64,000 bases of DNA from Isurus oxyrinchus (GCA_026770705.1 JANJGN010000026.1:40238001-40302000); one strand, 5' to 3'. Shown: positions 46,997-60,044, numbered from the stretch's first letter. Numbers and translations: made by a program. The notes: generated from the letters alone by a model not told the origin.

Positions 46997-47564
46997 GGTT
47001 TTTGCACAGGGTTCTAGCTGTGATCTAACGCTGTGCCTCATTGCACAGTAATACACCGCCCCGTCCTCCACACTCAGTTCGCTTATGTTGAGGTATCCGT
47101 TCTTTTGAGACATGTCAGCAGCCGCCACATACCGTCCTGAAATTTCATTTTTCTTCATTGCTAAGACATTGGTAATAATCCAACTTGGTGGCTGTGCCGT
47201 CTGCTGCCGATACCATTGAACATGGTTTAGATTCCGATCTGTATATTCACAGTCTAATTGCACCGAACCCCCTTCCGACACCGTTATTTCGACCGGGGAC
47301 TGAGTTACTGGATCTGCGCATTGTCCTCCTGTGAGGTAGAAGAATGAAATAGCAAGCGGTTAAACAGCGTTGATCTCAAATTCTTTGTAGCTGTTTGAGT
47401 TTGCAGAACCTCCTATCTACCTAGCTGTCTATACTATGGATATTTCTGATCGTGAATTCTATTAAGTACTATCGCAATCTCTGTACACTAATCTACCGAT
47501 CTGCCTTGATTAACTTAATCCAGTACTTACTGTCAAACAGCGCCGTCAGTTATATCAGCAACAT
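46997..47564 (-). pseudogene. Family-C V (copy 2): open V exon 47036-47328 and good 23-RSS, but in-frame stop in leader exon 47531-47564
   Basis: Leader ATG TTG CTG ATA TAA. V reads GQCADPVTQSPVEITVSEGGSVQLDCEYTDRNLNHVQWYRQQTAQPPSWIITNVLAMKKNEISGRYVAAADMSQKNGYLNISELSVEDGAVYYCAMR. RSS CACAGCG-23-GCAAAAACC. Confidence 0.88.
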
Positions 47565-50085
47565 GTCAGACTGAATCTCTCTCAGCGAATGTGAATGGAA
47601 TGAGCGAGAGATGGAAAAGGAGAGAGGGAACCCAGGCTTTGCCCAGCTCATTGTTCCACCCGCACACTGCGGGGGGGGGGGGGGGGGGGGGCGGGGGGGG
47701 CAAGGCCCATTGTGGCCACACTCAGGAAACCATCCCTATTGGTTTTGGCGTTTCCACCACGTGACTTAGTGACGCCCATGCTTGCATTTGGCACCCTCCG
47801 CTGGTGATTTCGGTTAAATCAGTGTTCGGATGCGGCCGTTGAATGGATTCAGGTTTATTGAAATGCATATCAAGAAACAAATGCTCCCCAGGAATCTGAA
47901 TTGGAGCTGTTCAGACAGTCTTTGCGGCTGCTGATGTTTAGGTTGGGCGTAATGTTCAATCTGTAGAAATGATTGCTGGAGTTCTCCGTCCAAATCCTGA
48001 GCACTACGAAGTAGAAGGAATGTCAAGATTTTGGAGAAAGTGCGGACGCTTCACATCAGAATGGCACCAGATATGTGGACGTTTTTGCGAACAGACTAGG
48101 CAAACGTGGATTCTTATCCTCGCAACAAAGAATGTATAAGAGATATTCATTTGATGTGCCAAAAATTGTCCTTTATTCAGAGTAGAACGCAGTTTCATCC
48201 ATTGTCAGAAGATTCAATAACCAAATCACCTCGATTTCATAAAAAGTTTAGAGGGAAAGATTTGTTTTATTTATTACATTGTATATGTTACCATCTTGAA
48301 TACGATGCATAAAATGATGGAGAAAGAGGATTCAACCATAAATTGCAATGCGGAATTGTCATAAGTCGGAAAAGGAAAACAACGTGGAAAATGCGGGCTC
48401 TGAAAGGCGTTTGGGATCGGTCTTTCAAATAGACACAAAAACGCAAAGTGGAGTCCTCATTCCATCCCCTAACTTACAATGCTTCTGCTCCCTTCCTGCC
48501 CCTCCCGCACTATTTATTCTCAGTCACTTGATGAGTAAACAGGTGCAGGATGCTCACGGTCTCCTGGAGCTTCAACCGTCGCTATTTCCGCTCCAGCACT
48601 TCCGGCTGCAGCTGTTCATCGCCGCGCACTTTTATCAGTTTTCAATCTGCTGCATCCCCGGTCACAGCTTCCGTTTGTTCCTCTCCTCAGGCCCGAGTTT
48701 GTCAGAGACAGTTTGATCTTTAATTGATTTGACAGTTTGATCGTTAATCGATCTGAGAGACTTAAGTTGAAAAGTAAAGTGCTTCCTGGCGGTGATGTGA
48801 CCCATTAATCATATGTCTAGAATTAGCACAAAAAGGCGGAAAAGAGTTTAATCTCTAATGGATCTGAGATAGTATAAGCTCTAATCTATCATGGGAGACA
48901 GTTTTCTCTCTAATTCATCTGAGAGACAGTTTGATCTTTAATTGATCTCTCTATAGACATATATCTCTCTGTGTATGTGTGGTTCTCCTTGTTCTCGTGT
49001 GCCCGTGCGTGCTTACGTTGATGCACTTTAGAGTACGTGTTTGATTTTAAATGTCTGCGTGTGCACCTGCATGTGCTTTTATGTATTTCTCTGTGTGCCT
49101 ATCTCTGCGCGTGTCCGTTGTGTGGGTCTGTGCCGCCATACTATTTCCAATGCCGTGTGAGAGGCTTCGCCTGGACACTGTAGGGCTCTACTGGGATATT
49201 TGATGAATAACTTTCAACCCAAAAACAGTTGAATTAGGTCAGTAACTTCCATACTTTTATGCAAATTCTGGACGTGATTAATGGGCCACATTACCTCCAA
49301 GAATTACTTCACTTTTCAACTTAATAAAAAACAGGAGCGAATAGTCCCACAGAGAGAAAAGATAGTAGACAAAGCTAGAGGAGAAAGAGGAAGAGAGAGG
49401 GAGAAAAAAGTGGTATTGTTGCGGGGGGGGGGGGGGGGGGGGTGTTGATTGGGGGGGGGGGGGGGACGGGATATGGGGTGGTGTTGGCGGGGTGCAGAAT
49501 GTGCGGCATTCTGTGTGAAATCCCTCTTTATATCGGCTGTGAGTATTTTTCATGGTCATCGAGAAGCTTTTTTAACAGGAGACTCGCACACTGGTCAGAG
49601 AACAACTTTAAATATTACCCATCATCGTTCCGCATCAAAGATTGACCCCCTTAAAGCAACTATATCGCTTTCAATGCAGTTTTCATTATTCTTTACTCCA
49701 CAGCCTAGTCACTGAGTTTATGTTAGACTGAGGTTGCTAGATCTATGGGTATGAAGAGACTTGGATTTAGTGTAGGAAGGTAGATGAGAGTTAGATAGGT
49801 AGATTAGAGATAGCTGGTGCTGCAGGGTCCAGAGACAGAATGCCCGACTCCAGCTCTTGCTTCATATGTTCTTATGCTCTCTCTCCTTATTTGGAGCTCT
49901 CTGACGTCACGGATTGAAGGAACTGTGAGCGGATTGGGTGAATTCAGGGACAAAGAGCTGTGAGATCAATCAGGAATAAACCAACCGGGTGCGGGGCCGG
50001 ATATTACTCCACATCTTCTTAACTCTTCACTAAAACAATTCTGATTGGAATCACTCTATTCAAATCCACCATCGGCTCTGCAAAC

Positions 50086-50629
50086 ATGTTGTCTGTTCAT
50101 TCTTCACAGCTGCGATTCTCTTAACGGGTAAATTGCCAAGTTACGCCATTTTCATTTTGCAGGTTATACTAGCATAGTGATCTACCTTTTAACTCTGTTT
50201 TTCCTTTATTTGTAAAGGGCTCCGTTAACATGATAACCCTGATTGTAACAGTGATAATAAAAAGTTGAAGTTCTGTACTTTGAATTTTCTGCAGACTCGG
50301 TTTTACAGGAGCCGCTTGCAGGGGCACAGTTTGAAGGAGACTTGCTGACCATTAATTTCAGCTATTCTATCACGATTGGTTTCTGCTTCTTGCAACTGTA
50401 CCGTCAGGATGACGAGAAAGCCCCCACAATATTGACCTGTATCGATTCCGCTGGGCTTGTTTTCAATGCAGAGGGCGCGGGGGCTCGATTATCTGCATCT
50501 CTCGACACTTCCAGAAGTGAGGAGAATTTCACCATCCGCGACCTGAGGCTGCCTGACAGCGTGGTGTATTACTGCGGGCTGAGAGACACAGTGACAGGAA
50601 CCACAGGGAGCCTTCCTCGTAGAGGAACA
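50086..50629 (+). pseudogene. Family-B V (copy 3): open V exon 50295-50586, frameshifted leader, broken RSS
   Basis: Leader is 42 nt versus 52 nt in paralogues. V reads DSVLQEPLAGAQFEGDLLTINFSYSITIGFCFLQLYRQDDEKAP...YYCGLR. RSS CACAGTG-27-AGAGGAACA. Confidence 0.9.
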
Positions 50630-51630
50630 CTGCAGAAACGTGACCCGTTCAACGGAATGGCGGGTAGAGTGGGGAGGAACAAAGACTTTCAAAGCAGATA
50701 ACCGGAATGTGCTGATTGAAAGTAAAGCCAAATAAGTAACAAGCCGATAGCAACAGGTGCGGCATTTTGAATGTTTTCATTTACATCGAAAACATTCTGA
50801 ACATAATGTAAAATGTGTTCAGAAAATTCATCCCATTTTGTAAATTAAAGAATAAATGGCAGAAATGCTGAGCAAAATAGTTGACCTTATGTTCCAGCCG
50901 TTACAGGGGGTACACAACACAAATGCGGCATCAGTTATATATCACTGAAGGGACGCGCAGAAAAAAAGAACAAAGGCTTTGCATTTTCATAAAGCCTTAC
51001 CTGGTGTGTTCAGATTTCCCAAAGCGCATCCAGTGCTCAAACTTTCTGACACTGTAAAAAAAAGCTTTAATATTCAGTCGGTTACGTGGTCAACTGTTCC
51101 GGTGCCTAGAACACAGCAGCATGTCCTTGTGAATTATACAATCTATTAATCACTGTTAATCAGCTTCTAATCATGTCTTGAAAATAACTTCTTTGTGCCT
51201 GTTTATATTATAGATTCTTAATTTCAATTTCAAGCAACTAACATTGAGAGATGTTTAATCAGCTCATTATATTTATACGGATTCTCCTCACCTAGTGGCC
51301 TTATGTCTCACTACTGGCTATTTCAACACAAAAGAAACATTTGTTCCTTTGCCATGAGTTGTTTCATGAACAGCAGTGCACTGATATAAATCGGTGCAGG
51401 CCACTTTCATGTGTTTATATTCTCAATGGATATGGCGAGCTCTCAGACATTCCCAAATAAGCAATAGGATTCTGCCCCTCACATTTAATACAGTAATCAG
51501 ACTGAATCAATATTCAATGCGAATGATTTAGATGGTGATTATGTGGATTGTGCTTGAACAGAATGGATTGACGTGTCAGTGTCTGACCCACTGTTATAAA
51601 CAGCTCTCAACAGACAGCAGCTGTGCTCCA

Positions 51631-51868
51631 GAAAGTGAGACTCTGTGCACAGTAATAGACCGCGGTGTCAGACAGCCACAACTCCTAGATCGTCAATCGA
51701 TACGATTTGTCTGACTGCGGGACTGTATTAGAAAACCGACTCTGAGCGAAATCCGCCTTAAATACTAAACCGCCACCCGTGAGCCTCCGGACTGCAAATT
51801 CGGGCTGTCTGCCTGGGTACTGCCGGTACCAGCATAAGGAATCAGCATCGTCGGTACAGGTGGAGTCT
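51631..51868 (-). pseudogene. 5'-truncated TRAV/DV-type pseudogene (family L)
   Basis: SLCWYRQYPGRQPEFAVRRLTGGGLVFKADFAQSRFSNTVPQSDKSYRLTI*ELWLSDTAVYYCAQS; heptamer CACTTTC. Confidence 0.88.
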
Positions 51869-51874
51869 TGAAAT

Positions 51875-52510
51875 GCATGTCCACCCTCTCATGCCCACAT
51901 GTCCATCCTTGGCCTGCTGCAATGTTCCAGTGAAGCTCAACGCAAACTCGAGGAACAGCACCTCATCTTACGACTAGGCACTTTACAGCCTTCCGGACTG
52001 AATATTGAGTTCAACAATTTTAGATCATGAACACTCTTCTCCACCCCACCCCCTTTCGGACCCCCCTTTTTTCCAATAATTTATATAGATTTTTCTTTTC
52101 CCACTTATTTCCATTACTTTTGAATGCATTTCTATCCATTGTTTTATCTCTATTTCGATGTCTTCCTCCCACCCCAAACCCACAAGGGCTATCTGTACCT
52201 TGCTCGTACTGCTTTCTACCGTTAATGTCACCTATTAGCACATTTCTTATCTAATATCACCACCGTCAACATCTCTGTGTCCTTCTGTCTATGACATCTT
52301 CTGGAAATCTCCACCTATCACTGGCCCTCTATCCTGCTCTACTTGTCTCCACCACCATCCCCCTGCCCCCCATTAAGCAATCTTATATTTCACCTCTCTT
52401 TTACTTTTCCTTAGTTCTGTTGAAGAGTCATACGGACTCGAAACGTTAACTGTGTTCCTCTCTGCAGATGCTGTCAGACCTGCTGATTTTTTCTAGGTAT
52501 TTTTATTGTC
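51875..52510 (+). mobile_element. Penelope-like element 3' fragment
   Basis: HMSILGLLQCSSEAQRKLEEQHLILRLGTLQPSGLNIEFNNFRS* and a terminal repeat matching 36320-36960. Confidence 0.9.
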
Positions 52511-52514
52511 CTAT

Positions 52515-52797
52515 TAGATGGGGTTTCGGTGTAGTTATATTGTGAATAAAAAACCCTGGATATTGACTACAGGCAATGATAACGGCAGAAACCAACACAC
52601 CCCCCAGGCTGGATAATCAGCAGAACAGCGATGCTGAAAGAAGGCAAAAATCTCAGGATAATATCTGGCAGCTGCTGACAGGTCTACAAAGTCTGGTTAC
52701 CTCAATAAAAGCGGTCTGAGTATGAAGGCCAGCGCGTTCTATTATGGCGCAGTGAAGCACAGGTCAGATACCAGCCAAGTCGCCGTATAAAATCCTG
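52515..52797 (+). pseudogene. 5'-truncated family-C V (copy 3)
   Basis: Aligns with 47036-47280 and 6000-6220 (gcagctgctgacaggtctacaaagtctggttacctc); multiple stops. Confidence 0.8.
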
Positions 52798-52989
52798 AGC
52801 GACTACTCAACACTGTCAAGTGCTCTTTGGCGCTTTTACCGGTGGGGAATTTGATCCCAAGGAAGCCCACGGAGAAAGATTGGTAGGTTTATTTCTCAAA
52901 TTGTTGTATTACTCTCTTGGTCCTTTCCTACGTCAACAGGGAGCCTGCATGGAAATATTGAGATCTAACTCAATGTTTCGAGCTACACT

Positions 52990-53270
52990 TCCTCAGTAAA
53001 TACCTCGGATCTCACCCGGAATATTAATGTGTCAGCAGAGCTAGAGAAAGTTATCAGGTATGCAGTAACTGCAGCCTAACATCATTATGTTTTCTTCCAG
53101 ACCGTTAACCCAGAGAGATGCAGGGACTCTCACTCTCTGTCTCCCTCTTGCCTGTAACAAAGCACAGAATGCGCCAAAGTTTAGGACTAGACTTAAACAT
53201 GAAATACCCAATGATTGTTTCAGCATTGGCCCACTGAACACATTTTCAGAAGGAACATGGGGAACACATT
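52990..53270 (-). pseudogene. Decayed family-A V relic, tail-to-tail with V C3
   Basis: Leader-like atgtgttccccatgttcctt, tgttacag acceptor, gctgcagttac and ccgaggtatttactg. Confidence 0.7.
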
Positions 53271-53944
53271 GTGTCTTATTTCCATTTTGACAGGAAATAA
53301 ATTGAATGTTAAACGGATGTTGACCCTTCCGGTCTGATTTTATAGTTTGAATTCTGATGAAGGCAGTATTCATTTATTAGGGGACTGAGGGCCCTTTTCC
53401 AGTGAGATTGTTATCCAACTCCCAGTTCTTTGATGAGGGCAGAGGCTACAAATTGTCACCCTCTCCTTCAGAAGGCTTTTCTATGATCCTTATTGCGAGG
53501 TAACACCTTCTGTCTCAAACGAACAGAAACAGGTGGCACCGTCTGTCACTGAAGTGTTGCTAACATTTAGAACACTTCACTATGCTAAATTGGGCCAAGG
53601 CTTGATCCTTTTCCGATCGCTGGTACTTCTCACCAGGTGCTGCACTGTTCAGTCCAGATATTGTCTGTACCATTGTAGGATCCACCGTGCTACTGTGATT
53701 AAACACGTCAATGATACAATATCCCCTTCTGCAACAACCGCTTACTGTCATGTTCCATCACTGCCAGTTACATTAGATATAATGTCACATAATTAGTAAA
53801 ATATAACGCAATTCCTTACAACATACAACAATAAAATACAAAATAACAAAATACATGTTGATAGAATACAGGGAAATGCAATCCAACAGAATATAGCATA
53901 CTTATATTTTTTATATATATGTACATATATATACATATATATTC

Positions 53945-54215
53945 TTCGAACCCCGACAAATGGTGAAATTTGAATTCAATACAAATCTGGGAATATGACG
54001 ATGAAACCACTGTCGGTTGTCGTAAAAACCCATCTGGTTCATTTATGCTCTTTAGGGGAGGAAATCTGCCATCATTATTTGGTCTGGCCACCATGTGACT
54101 CCAGTCCCACAGCAACGTGGTTGACGCTTAAATACCCTCTGAACAAGGTCAACTAGGGAGGGATGGGTAATAAATGGTGGCCCAGCCAGCGACGCCCACA
54201 CCCCATAAACGAATA
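53945..54215 (+). mobile_element. tRNA-derived SINE, 5'-truncated
   Basis: Homologous to 46560-46820. Confidence 0.85.
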
Positions 54216-56929
54216 ATATATATTATGTTGTGGCAATATATATTGCACTATATACGATATTATAGTCATATTGTATCTAATGATGTGTACCGCAATCACG
54301 TGAAGGATAGAGTGAGAAATCCAGAGAGGCCACCAATAAAATGAAGCTTAGCTTCATGTCGTGTCCTATCAACTTCGGTAAATTAATTTTCCCAGATCCA
54401 GGTCAGGGTAACAGCTTCTGGAGAAGTTAGTGCTGTTGTGCATCAATCTTAACGAACACAAGAACACTGTACCCGCTAGGAACAGTCTTCTGGGGCTTCA
54501 CTTCACAGAGTGAAGTATTTCTCGCTGAGCTTTGTTGGAAGGTGGGAGGAGCGTCCGTTTCATTATCCTGAATCAGACCGAATAATGGAAACAGAGAGAA
54601 CACAAATCGTGAGCAATGGTCTCTGTGATCCTCTCAAAAATGACCATTTAAACCAGGCCACCAGGTGGCGGTGCCGGGTACCACAGGTCATGTTGTCCCA
54701 AAGAATGCGGACTGGCATTTGCTTCCATCTAAATTCACAAAATAAATTATTTTCAGTCCTTCGGTTTGAATTCATAATATTCTTTGATAACGCTAAAAAT
54801 TTCATTCCTTACTTTAATACAAATAAGGTAGTTACCGCAAGTTGACAGTTTTGAATTAAGTACATTTGCTATGACAATGGATTACAATTCGGTTTGGGTT
54901 GGGATTTTTCTGTCATCCAAAATCTGCTTTCACCCGCATACTTCAACCCGAGCTCAATGGTGAAAGGATTTGCAGCTATATAACAACATTGGAATTCATT
55001 TCGTGAACCTGGGACTAACAAGGTTCTCATAGAGAGGTGGAGTTATATCATTTTCAATGAGCATATTATTGTTGAAGCAACTTTCTCACACTTGTTTTGT
55101 CCATGCGCTGTCTAGGTAAATGCTGCAATTAAACAGTGATCACAGATATGATATCCTTTTAACCCTGCCAATGTCAAGGTATGGTGAAAAGATATCTCTT
55201 ACTGTCAGTATGCAAGGTATTCTTGACTGCATGCAATGCAAATCGGAACCCGCTCGACTCTCTGATCTCTTTCACATTCATCTGCAGTTATTATAGCAAC
55301 ACCACCAGGTCTATATGTTCTCTATTCTACCTTCTTACTGTTCAATAATTAAGGCAATTTAACATTTTGTTTCAGCTGCATTAATTGTTTGTATTACACC
55401 ACCCCCCCTCCCCCCCACACACACACACACACACTCCCACGCCCCCCTCGGCTGGGTGGATCCGTTCACCGGCAACAATAACGCTGAAGTCTCCCTTGAA
55501 TTCACTAGTCCCGAGTGCCGTAAAAGGTGAACTTTCTGACTCACTGCTCAGTCCAGTCACCTTCCTCGAGAAAGGTAGGTCTGGAACCACTATGTCTGGG
55601 CGGATTTCCACACAGAGCATCAGTAGGTGAAGTTTGATTTCGGGCAGATCGCGAGGACCTGACTGCGCCACCAAAGTGAATTGTCACCAACCGCGTTTGA
55701 CATTTGCAAATCGTCAGCCCGAATATAGGACGTGTTGTTGAGGAACACGTCGGCCACCTGGTTCGATGCCGGAGAACAAACAGATAGGAGGCTGCCGCGT
55801 TAGACGTGCTCTGGAAAAATAAAAGATCAAGAAGCGAATCGATCAACAATAAGAAAAGATTTTCCAGAGAACTGATCTTGCTGGAATTTCCGAAGCGATT
55901 TGCAGGATTATGGGAGGAAGGCAGATATTCTGGTTTAGCTGCTCTCACAGAGGGTCGGCACGGATAAAATGGGATGAATGGTCTTCCTCTGTGCTGTAAC
56001 CGCTCCATCATTTTATGATTTTAACGACTGTCTTGAAATATGACGTATCCAATTGGGACATTCACCTTTTAATCTTCATGTGACTGATCTGGCGTAAGAA
56101 GGCTAGGTTGGCAAAGGAAGCTATTGAAAGTTTTGCATGTTTGCCTTGCAATAAGACAGGTCCGTGGTGAGGGCCGGATACCCCAAGTTTAATTCTCAAT
56201 GTATTTTCAATTTACATCAATCACAGTCAGCAATCTATCTCTGCTTCTACCTCAACAGCAGCTCCTCAGGAAGTCATAACGACGGATTAAAATCTGAAGT
56301 TAATCACTGAGCAAAGGAAGTGAGTGAAAAGTATGGAGGATAGGGAAAGGGATATTAAAATATGAAGGAAAGATACACCTGAATTGGGATTTCTGAAGAG
56401 GAGGAAATGAATATTACACCCTGAGGTGATATTTCTGAAGAAGTGGAAAGGGATATTAAAATATGAAAGATATACGTGATGAGATGTGATTTCCGAAGTC
56501 ATTCACTGTACCGAGGGTGGGGATTGATGATAAAGGAGCGAAGGACAATTCAAAACCGTTTTATTTTGTTTCTCTCTGCACCACTTCCTTTTCGAACCTG
56601 ATTGACAGTTGTAAGTACAGAATGTTATGCACAGTGGGTTTCAAGTACTTTTTAATGAGTATGCACCCTGCACCTCCCCCTGGGAGCTTTGAACCGCCCG
56701 AAGCATTCTGTCTTCTGTAACTGGCTGTACAGAGTCGATGTGACATAATCTCTTTTCTTTCTATTTGCAAGCCCGAAGTCTGAAAGTTATGGCTGTTCAA
56801 GTATATCCTTACTTACACAAAGCTGGGCAGAATTCACGACTGAGGTTTACACAAAATTTTAAATAAACAACGGCAGGGGTCAGTGCTCGAAATATTGTTT
56901 AAAATAGAGGGATAGCTGTGTTTTTATTC

Positions 56930-57260
56930 ATTCACGGGATGTGGGCTTCACTGGATGGACCAGCATTTATTGCCCTTCCCTAATTGCCCTTGAGAATTCG
57001 GTTGTGAGCTGCCTTCTTTAACCGCTGTTGTCCATGTGGTGTAGGCATACCTACAGTGTTGTTAGGGAGGGAGTTCCAGGATTTTGACGCAGGGACAGTG
57101 AAGGAACTGTGTCATATTTCCAAGTCAGGATGATCAATGACTCGGAGGGGGATCTCTAGGTGGTGATGTTCTCATTTATCTACTGCCCTTGTCCTTCCAG
57201 ATGATAGTGGTCATGGGCTTGGAAATTGCTATCGAAGGAGCCTTGGTGAATTCCTCTAGG
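56930..57260 (-). mobile_element. LINE 3' fragment
   Basis: Reverse homology to 27570-27910. Confidence 0.8.
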
Positions 57261-57740
57261 ATTGTTTCTCTAGGTTTGTTCAATTACCTGTTCAGTAAAA
57301 ATAGATATCACCGTTATAATATCACGGTTCTCAAAATCACTGAGATAAAACACAGAATCGTCCTTAGCTCAATAGTTAACCGATGCTTGAGGGAAATGTC
57401 AGCGGAGTCACTGTTCTGACTGTCCTCCCGGTCAGGTCAACCTTGTGTTTCCCGATTAAAGTAATCAGCCACTGTTGTGCTGGTCTCTAAAGCTGTACCA
57501 TTCCACCAACAGGGGCACTAAATATCGCCCTGGGTGATTAAATTCACTGACAGCCAGAACACGACCCTCGTTCTCTAAAGATGAGCCATTCCCCCTGTAA
57601 AAACACTGACCGTAGTCCAGCTCCGGGTGTTTACATTCACTGAGGGCTAGCTCACCACCTACCGCTCTCACAGCACCACTGGGGACCGAAGGAAGTGAGG
57701 TGAGAACATTCGGAGACACGAAAACAGATTATTAAGGTTG

Positions 57741-57846
57741 GGGGTTTAAAACGAGTGTCTTCAAATATCCAACTCCCCTTTTACAGAGCGGACGGGGTTT
57801 AAAACGAGTGTCTTCAAATATCCAACTCCCCTTTTACAGAGCGGAC
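57741..57846 (+). repeat. Perfect 53-bp tandem duplication
   Basis: ggggtttaaaacgagtgtcttcaaatatccaactccccttttacagagcggac occurs twice. Confidence 0.95.
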
Positions 57847-57853
57847 AGCGACA

Positions 57854-58331
57854 ATGCAACTACTCACATCTGGCCTGTGTGGGGACCATTTCTGACAGGT
57901 AATTTTGGACAACGCACATTTCATCTTTATATTTCTCATTTCCCACATACCTTTTAAATGTTCTGATTTTCGTTTTCTGTTTCAGCATGTTGTTCACGTC
58001 TAATTCATGGAAATTCTGTAAGAGCCGCTGTCCTCAGATGCAAAGGCAAAAGGAGAAGTGGTGACTTTAAGCTGCAGTTAATATCTGACACAAAGCAGCT
58101 ATTGGCTATACTGGTACAGGCAACATCTAGGCGCCCAGCTCCAGTTTATATTGCTGAAATCTACCAGCGGTTATGAAGAAAAAACAGATTTTGCCCAAAT
58201 CCGTTTCTCAGTCAAGCTCCAGACCTTCGCGAAATTCACTATTTTATCCAATTCAGATCTGCAATTGACTGATGCTGTCGTGTATTGCTACTCTGTCAGC
58301 GATGGAAAACAGTCTCAACCTGTGAACAAAC
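57854..58331 (+). pseudogene. TRAV/DV-type pseudogene (family D)
   Basis: Frameshifted leader|gtaatt. V reads GEVVTLSCS*YLTQSSYWLYWYRQHLGAQLQFILLKSTSGYEEKTDFAQIRFSVKLQTFAKFTILSNSDLQLTDAVVYCYS. Heptamer lost. Confidence 0.88.
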
Positions 58332-58719
58332 TGTCTTTGAACTGTGACTCGGAGCTCCTGTCCATTTGCGTTTATGCGTAGAATCCCGGGCAGATGCAAC
58401 CACAATGTTCAGCTGTGCTATCAACCGCTCAGGCACAAACCGAGAGGAAACCACGTTCACCTCGGATCAGACAGCCACCCAACAGTTTCCAGCAGTGTCC
58501 GAGAGAGCAAACTGCAGATTGAGGATTCCTGATGAATAATAGAATCTGTATCGCTCAGATGGTTAAAGAAAACAGAAATTAGAGATTAAAAGTTCAACTA
58601 AACTGAATTAACGGTGAAATTTCTCAAACAATGCTACAGAAAATGATATACAAACTAAACCACAGAAAATAGCACCTTACTCAATATTTCGGTGTTTACA
58701 ATACCAAAGAGCCTATCCC

Positions 58720-59170
58720 TCGTTATCTCACTCTCTCAGCATATCCTCCGATTCCATTCACCCTCCTTGTCCCTTAAATGCATCGGTTCGCTTCCGCCTC
58801 TGCTGGTGATAGTGATTTACATATTCCATCACATCTTTGGATAAGTAAATTTCTCTTGAACTCCATGTTGGATCTTTTGGTCACTTGTATACACCACAGT
58901 TTTGAATTACGTACAAGTGGAAACATCTCCATGTCTACCCTTTCAAACTCCATCATTATTAAAAGAACCCTGTTACCCATCTGTATTCTCTTTAATATAG
59001 GAAAGTAGGCCAGTCTGTGCAGTGTTTACTTTAACTCTTATCATCAATGTAATGCCTTGCTGAATTGTGTCTATGCCTCTGTAAATTCCTCCTGTAAGGA
59101 AGAGGTCAGAATTGCTCACGATAGCTCATGTGTGCTCTAACCAAGGTCTGCTGCATTTTTAACACGTACT
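58720..59170 (-). mobile_element. Decayed CR1 fragment
   Basis: Encodes ERVDMEMFPLV...FKRNLLIQR. Confidence 0.65.
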
Positions 59171-60044
59171 CCCTTATTTTTAAATTCATTCAATCGAAAA
59201 CTAAACCCTTTTAAAATTGTTAAATTTCTTACAGGCAGTGAATGTCACCCAGATCACAGCGAGAACAGAGACTCGCATTGCTGCTGCTCCGGGAATTCAA
59301 GAGACTTTTTGTGCTTCAGAGATCTGCAGAGTATCGAACAATAGTAATCTGACAGCATTGGTTGAGACAGGTCTGATGTCACTTCCTGCAGAACATACGA
59401 CTGGAGAAGCTGAGATCACTGGATCTGATTGGGACTGATGTCACTTCCATCACCACATGGTGAAAGTCTTTATTACAGAGAACTGAGACTTCAACGTCAC
59501 ATTCTGCTGATCAGAGAGAAGGACGGGTAAGTATACACAGCTTGATCTCTAATTGACATGAGGGACAGTGTGAACTTTAAGGAACCGGCATGAAGGTCTT
59601 CTCAAAGAAAGAAATACAAGGGTGTGAATGTAGATGGAGATTTTTAGTTATTTCACTCATTATCACAAATTAGACTGAGCTTGTTGACTGTGATGAAGTC
59701 GGGTTTGATCAACATTCTAGTGCGTTCACACAATGAGTAGATCTTAACTTGTAATTCTTGTGTTAGTAGCACACTAAATAGAGCGTGAAAATACACGGGC
59801 AATAAACAAGAGAAATTTCCTATGTATCAGACATTAACAGGCCGGGTTAGCAAAAAGATCTGCACAGGAATTCTCCTGCTGAATTTTCGAGTGAATGAAT
59901 CCTGCATTTGAACTCACCTACTCAGAGTTGATGGAAGTTGCCTTGTGAACAGATTGCCTGGTGGCTTTACTTGGAGAAGAACGTGCATTCCCTGTATATC
60001 GCTACACAGTCCGCTGCTCAATTCACTTTGAAATATTGCAGCAC

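Noticed and set aside
59234-59438. V-like exon start (AVNVTQ...TFC)
   Set aside because: No WYxQ, YxC or RSS; the similarity is too weak
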